Below are positions 59,301 to 64,000 of a DNA stretch of 64,000 nt, piece by piece. Under the pieces are notes generated by a model, which was not told the origin of the DNA, made no database searches, and saw only the letters and a list, made by a program, of their open reading frames with translations. The first letter of the stretch is position 1, and the number at the start of each line of letters is the position of its first letter. A program made the position numbers and the translations under genes. This DNA is from an uncultured Chloroflexia bacterium. GTDB lineage: Bacteria > Chloroflexota > Limnocylindria > Limnocylindrales > CSP1-4. Location: the NCBI GenBank assembly GCA_963752475.1, contig CAVVYR010000001.1, forward strand, positions 1-64,000, given 5' to 3'.

Positions 59301-60198
59301 CTAGTCGATCGTCACCGGACCGGGCACCGTCAGCCCGAGGTGCGCGATGAGCGCGTCGAGCTCACGCAGCGTCACCTCGTCGAGCGGCGGATAGGGCCGC
59401 CGCGGGGGCGTGGTCCATGGCCCCGCGCATGGTGTAGATGAGCTTGCGCAGCGGCAGGTTCAGGCCAGGCTGGTTCTCGTAGCGGATGAGCGGCAGGTAG
59501 CGATAGAACGTGTCGCGCGCCCGTTCCTCGCGGCCGGCCCGGAAGTCGCGGTAGATCGAGACCAGGATCTCCGGGAAGCCGAAGCCGGTCATCATGCCGA
59601 CCACGCCACGCTGCAGCTCCTCGAACATGAAGTTGCCGCCGAGTCCACCGAAGATGGCCACATCCGGGTTGGCGGCGAGGATGGCGGTCACCTTCTGCGC
59701 CGTGGGGTCGTCCTCGAGCTTGAGGTAGCGACACGAGGCAGTTCGGCGGCGAGGTTCGCCGATGAACGCGGCGTCATGAACACGCCGAGCTGGCGGGGAA
59801 GTCCTGAACCACGATGGGCACGTCGACCGCGTCCGCGAGCGCCTCGTAGTGGCGTCGCACCCCGGCCTCGTTGGGCCGGTTGGTCCGCGGCGGCGCCACG
59901 AGCAGCCGGCGGCGCCGCGATCGGCCGCGTCGCGCGCGTTGCGCAGGCAGGGGTCGAGGGCTGGAGCGGTGGCACCGACCACGACGGCAGGCGGCCGTCG
60001 GCCACCTCGATGGTCACATCGATGACCTGCGCCCGTTCGGCCTCGGACAGCTTGGCCGCCTCGCCCAGGAAGCCCAGGATGGTCAGCCCATCGACGCCGG
60101 TGTCGATGATGAAGTCGACGAGCCGTCGCAGGCTGGGCTCATCGATGCGCGCCCGACTCGTCGAAGGGCGTGGGCACGATGTTGTAGATGCCGTCCAT
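59301..60198 (-). CDS. Dihydrodipicolinate synthase family protein (indels)
   Basis: IVPTPFD, LGFLGEA, YLKLED, FGGLGG. Confidence 0.82.
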
Positions 60199-60223
60199 GG
60201 CCCCCCCGTGGGTCGCTCGTCGA

Positions 60224-60988
60224 TCACGGCAGCGCGCTGACCAGGCCGCCGTCGACGGGCACGATGGCACCGGTGACGTAGGAAGCGGCGGGCGAGAGCA
60301 GGAAGGCCGCCACGCGCCCGATCTCGGCGGTATCACCGTATCGGCCGAGCGGGATCGTCGCCTCCGCCTGGCGCTGGACCTCCTCGACCGCCGGCCGGTC
60401 GACTCCGCACGCGCGGCGTCGAGCTGCCGGACGCGGTCGGTGGCGAAGCGGCCGGGGGCCACGCCGTTGATGCGGATCGGGGCGATCTCGAAGCTCAGGT
60501 TCTTGATCAGGCCGGCCAGGCCGGGTCGCAGCACATTGCTGGTGGTGAGCCCGGGCAGGGCTGGCGGACCGACGAGCTGAGGTTGACGACGATGGCCGGG
60601 TCGCTCCCCTCGCGCAGGTGTGGCAGCGCGGCGCGGATGAGCCGCAGCGCGGAGTGCAGCGTGCCATCGATGGCGCGGGCCCATTCCTCCTCGCCGATGG
60701 CCTCGAAGGTGCCGGCGGGCGGGCCGCCGGAGTTGACCACGAGCAGGTCGAGTCCACCGAGCTGCTCGACGGCGGACGCGACCGCGCAGCCGGACCATCC
60801 GGCGTGGAGAGGTCGGCCACGACGGTGCCGGCACCCAGCTCGGCGGCGCGCGCGTCGAGCGTCTCCGCCGTGCGTCCGGCGAGGACCAGGCGGGCGCCCT
60901 CGGCCGCCAGCACGCCGGCGATCCCGGCGCCGATGCCACCTGCGCCGCCGCCCACCAGGGCGCGCCGTCCGCCTAGTCCCAGATCCAT
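60224..60988 (-). CDS. SDR oxidoreductase (indels)
   Basis: GGAGGIG, VNSGGPP, SNVLR, APGRFATDRV. Confidence 0.85.
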   Translation of the reverse strand: MDLGLGGRRALVGGGAGGIGAGIAGVLAAEGARLVLAGRTAETLDARAAELGAGTVVADLSTPDGPAARSRPPSSSSVDSTCSWSTPAARPPAPSRPSARRNGPAPSMARCTPRCGSSAPRCHTCARGATRPSSSTSARRSASPARAHHQQCAATRPGRPDQEPELRDRPDPHQRRGPRPLRHRPRPAARRRACGVDRPAVEEVQRQAEATIPLGRYGDTAEIGRVAAFLLSPAASYVTGAIVPVDGGLVSALP

Positions 60989-61048
60989 ATCGTCCTCCGC
61001 TGTCGGGCGAACGTACGCCCGTGCTTCGTCAGGCTTGGTCGCAGTGAT

Positions 61049-61795
61049 TTAGGCGGTCAGCCGCGGGATGCGCCGCGCCAGCCGCTGCGCCTTCTGCACC
61101 GTGCTCTCGCGGGTCGACCACCAATCGGCAACGAGCTTGATGGCCCCCTCCTCGTCGGTGGGATGCATCAGTTCTCGGTGCCTCTGGGTGTCGAAGTAGG
61201 TGAGCCTGGAGACAGCCTCGAGGTCATCGAAGAAGGGCTTGCGCCTGGGCTCCTTCGCACGCCACACGAACGTCTGCGGCTTGCCCGGCCCGGTGATGGT
61301 GGCGTACTGGAGGCCCGGATGGAAGTCACGTATCGCGAACACGACCTTGTACACGTCACCGTGCCAGGAGGCAACCTGTACCTCGAGATCGCCTCGCCGC
61401 AGGTCTACGGCGAGGCGGTGCTCACGTTCCGCGGAATACGCGTCCGAGGGCACGGTGTCATCGAGGACGATCAGGGAGTTGGCGTGCGTGTGGAGTAGCG
61501 CGTTGGTCAGGTCGCGATAGGCCTGCTCGAAGATATGCAGGCCATCGATGAAGACGATGTCAAAGGCCCTGTCTACATCGAGGCCTTCGAAGTACTCGTC
61601 CGACGTGATCTCGTAGGCTTCCGCACCGGAACCGCGCAGCGTCTCGAGGTCGACGAGGAACTCGGGGTCGACGGCCACGCGAGACTCGATCTCGATGCCC
61701 TCGAAGGTGACGCCGCGCTCGACACCGATCTCGAGGTAGGTCCGAGCCCCGGTCAGGGCGGCGAGGGCGTTCATCCGCCTGATCGAGCGCTTCAC
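61049..61795 (-). CDS. Class I SAM-dependent methyltransferase (Methyltransf_24-like)
   Basis: YLEIGV..G, FIDGLH, WHGDVYK. Confidence 0.82.
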   Translation of the reverse strand: MKRSIRRMNALAALTGARTYLEIGVERGVTFEGIEIESRVAVDPEFLVDLETLRGSGAEAYEITSDEYFEGLDVDRAFDIVFIDGLHIFEQAYRDLTNALLHTHANSLIVLDDTVPSDAYSAEREHRLAVDLRRGDLEVQVASWHGDVYKVVFAIRDFHPGLQYATITGPGKPQTFVWRAKEPRRKPFFDDLEAVSRLTYFDTQRHRELMHPTDEEGAIKLVADWWSTRESTVQKAQRLARRIPRLTA

Positions 61796-61892
61796 GGTCA
61801 GTCTCCGTTGGGTGTCCGGCGCTGACGATCCGAGCCGGGCGACAGGAGCGTCGCGCTTGATGCTACCTCTTCGGACGGGACCGCCGGGTACC

Positions 61893-62947
61893 ATGGCTCA
61901 CGTGACCGAGACCGAATGGCGGAAGCTCGCCAGCCCCCGGCCAGCGCCAGCGGACGAGCCGACCGTGGCGGTGCTCCCACGGGGCGATCCTGACACCGTT
62001 CAAGGCCGGAGCTCTGCGCTCGCTGCAGGCCCCGGTCAAGTGGACAACGCGGTGCCGTCTACGACCGCGACGGTCAGCTCCAGGTGGCATCCCAGCGCAT
62101 CGGTCGGCCTGGCGGGGGACCGCGTCGTCGCGGCCGATCCCCAGCGCCTCGAGGAGGCGCTGCCTGGGGTCTCGATCCCACCCCGGGAGGCCCAACGCCT
62201 CCGCGGACGCTGGCTCTACGTGGGCAATTGGATGCGCCACTTCGGGCACTTCCTGACCGAGACGCTGACGACGCTCTGGCCGGCGGAGGTCGAGGTCGCC
62301 GGGCTGGTCGGCCACCCGTTCGTCTTCGGTTCAGCGAGCACGGAGTGGCAGGAGCGGCTGCTGGCACTCGCCGGCTACGGCGGGCTGCCCCGTGCTGTCG
62401 CGGCCGACACCACCGTGGTGGACGAGCTCATCCTACCCGAACGAACGTACCTGCCGAACGGCTACGCCCGACCTCAGGCAGTCGAGACCTGGCAGCGGGT
62501 GGCACAACGGGCTGGTGACGCCACCCAAGCCGGTGGGGCGGTCTTCCTCTCGCGTAGCTCGTGGAACAGACGGCCAGCCGCGCTGCCGGCCGGGCGACGC
62601 CCAGAAGCATGGACAACGAGGCCGAGCTCGACGCGCTGATGCGCGCTCGCGGTGCCACCGTCATCGAGCCCGAACGGCTCGACGTCGAGGACCAGGTTCG
62701 TGCCGTCAGGGGCGCCGACCTGATCGTCGGTCCCAGTGGCTCCGCCATGCACCTGTCCGCCTTCGCCCATCCGGGCACCCGGGTACTGGAGGTCTGCGAC
62801 GCGCGCTCCCCAGCAAAGCGACTGCCCAATCAGCAGGTCATCGATGCCGCCTGTGGCCATCTGACCGCGGTCATCCAGTACCGAGAACACGAGGGAGGGC
62901 TGGACATGACGAACGTGAGGCGCGAGCTGGATCGGCTGGAGGCGTAA
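61893..62947 (+). CDS. Glycosyltransferase family 61-like (frameshift)
   Basis: HFGHFLTETL, FLSRS, NEAEL, EQV-like, GSAMH. Confidence 0.75.
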
Positions 62948-62953
62948 GGGGCG

Positions 62954-64000
62954 CTAGGCCCGCAGGACGAGTGTGTCCTGGTACACCCGCTGCGTGGGGC
63001 GACCGCACCAACTGCCCAACTCGAGCGTCGACCTCGAACCCGATGGAGCGCAGCAGTGACTCCACCCAGGCCTGATCGCAGGCGAAGGCGTGGAGTGGGT
63101 CCTCTTCGTCGAAGTAGCGAGACACGTCGTCATGCCGATTGCGCATCGGGTACGCCGAGCGGCCCTCCCGCTCCATCCGCGCTTGGCTCTCGTTCAGCAG
63201 GAAGAACGTGGCAAAGACCCGACCGTCCGGGGCGATGACCTTGTGCGTCTCACGGAGGTAGTGCTCGATGGCATCGGGGTACATATGCGTGAACAGGCTG
63301 GTGGCGATGACAAGGTTCGGGGCTGGCCCGAGATCCAAAAGACATCGGTCGGACGCAGGCTTCCCGTCGGGTTGTAGCGCGAGTTCTCCACGTCGAGGTG
63401 ATGGAAGGTATGGCGGCCGTAGCTGACCGGCGTGAGGCGATCGGCACACCAGACGACGTGTCTGGCGAGGATGTCCAGGCCAACGTACCTGCCCACGTGA
63501 CCGTGGCGCAGCAGCGCATGCGCGACCCGGCCGTAGCCACAACCGATGTCCAGGATGTCGTCGTCTGGCTGTAGCCCCACAAGGTCCTTGAGTTCGGACA
63601 CGACGTCATCACCGACGTCGAGGAAGGCCTCGTCGGACCTGCCCATCAAGCGAAGCTCGGGCGGTGGCAACGGGAGCGCGTCGGGCGGAGCCGGAGCCTC
63701 GACCCCCAGGATGGATTCGATGGTGGCTGAGAGCCGCTGGGCTCGGGCGTCGAAGCTGTGGTCGCGCTCGATGGCTCGGGCCAGTTCCTCGCGCGCCTCG
63801 CGTGTGCTCTCCGACTGGTCGATGGCCTGCTGCACGACCTCGGCCAGTTCATCGCGGTGACTATAGGTGCGGACCAAGTCGCCGAAGACGTCGTCCAGGC
63901 CCTCGGTGTGGTCACTGATGATGACAGCGCCACAGGCCGCAGCATCGAAGAGGCGGTTCGAGATGAAGCCGTGCATCCGCATATCATCCCAGTGGTCGCT
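62954..64000 (-). CDS. CgeB-like glycosyltransferase fused to class I methyltransferase (partial, indels)
   Basis: DHWDDMR..GFISNRLFDAAACG, HSFDARA; LDIGCGYGR, SLFTHM. Confidence 0.75.

Noticed and set aside
46289-64000. Mass pseudogenisation or programmed frameshifting
   Set aside because: Dense indels hit nearly all genes regardless of function, most consistent with low-coverage long-read error; needs polishing to confirm.

Overview
High-GC (by eye, about 68-70%) bacterial window; gene style and c-di-GMP-II riboswitches suggest Chloroflexota (inference). The left ~27 kb holds seven co-oriented copies of a ~210-bp intergenic element. Each is built on the 5' half (39 nt, through the anticodon loop) of tRNA-Pro(TGG) on the minus strand, with a TAnnnT -10 box and flanking conserved boxes. 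The copies divide the DNA into 2.3-6.9 kb, mostly self-contained modules: ECF/anti-sigma/target, two-component system/target, a MalT-like regulon, and c-di-GMP-II-riboswitch operons. They decay with distance from the left edge, and no integrase lies in the window. This looks like an integrase-less tandem cassette array accreted at tRNA-Pro, and is the main candidate for an undescribed system. From 27-46 kb there are more accessory modules: a DszB-like protein with rhodaneses, an ECF-controlled ApbE flavinylation unit, two TA pairs, a phosphodiesterase-PLA2 fusion, a reshuffled near-identical duplicate of two cassette genes, msrA and DUF3179. From 46-64 kb lies a surface-polysaccharide locus with many indels, probably long-read errors, so coordinates there are approximate.
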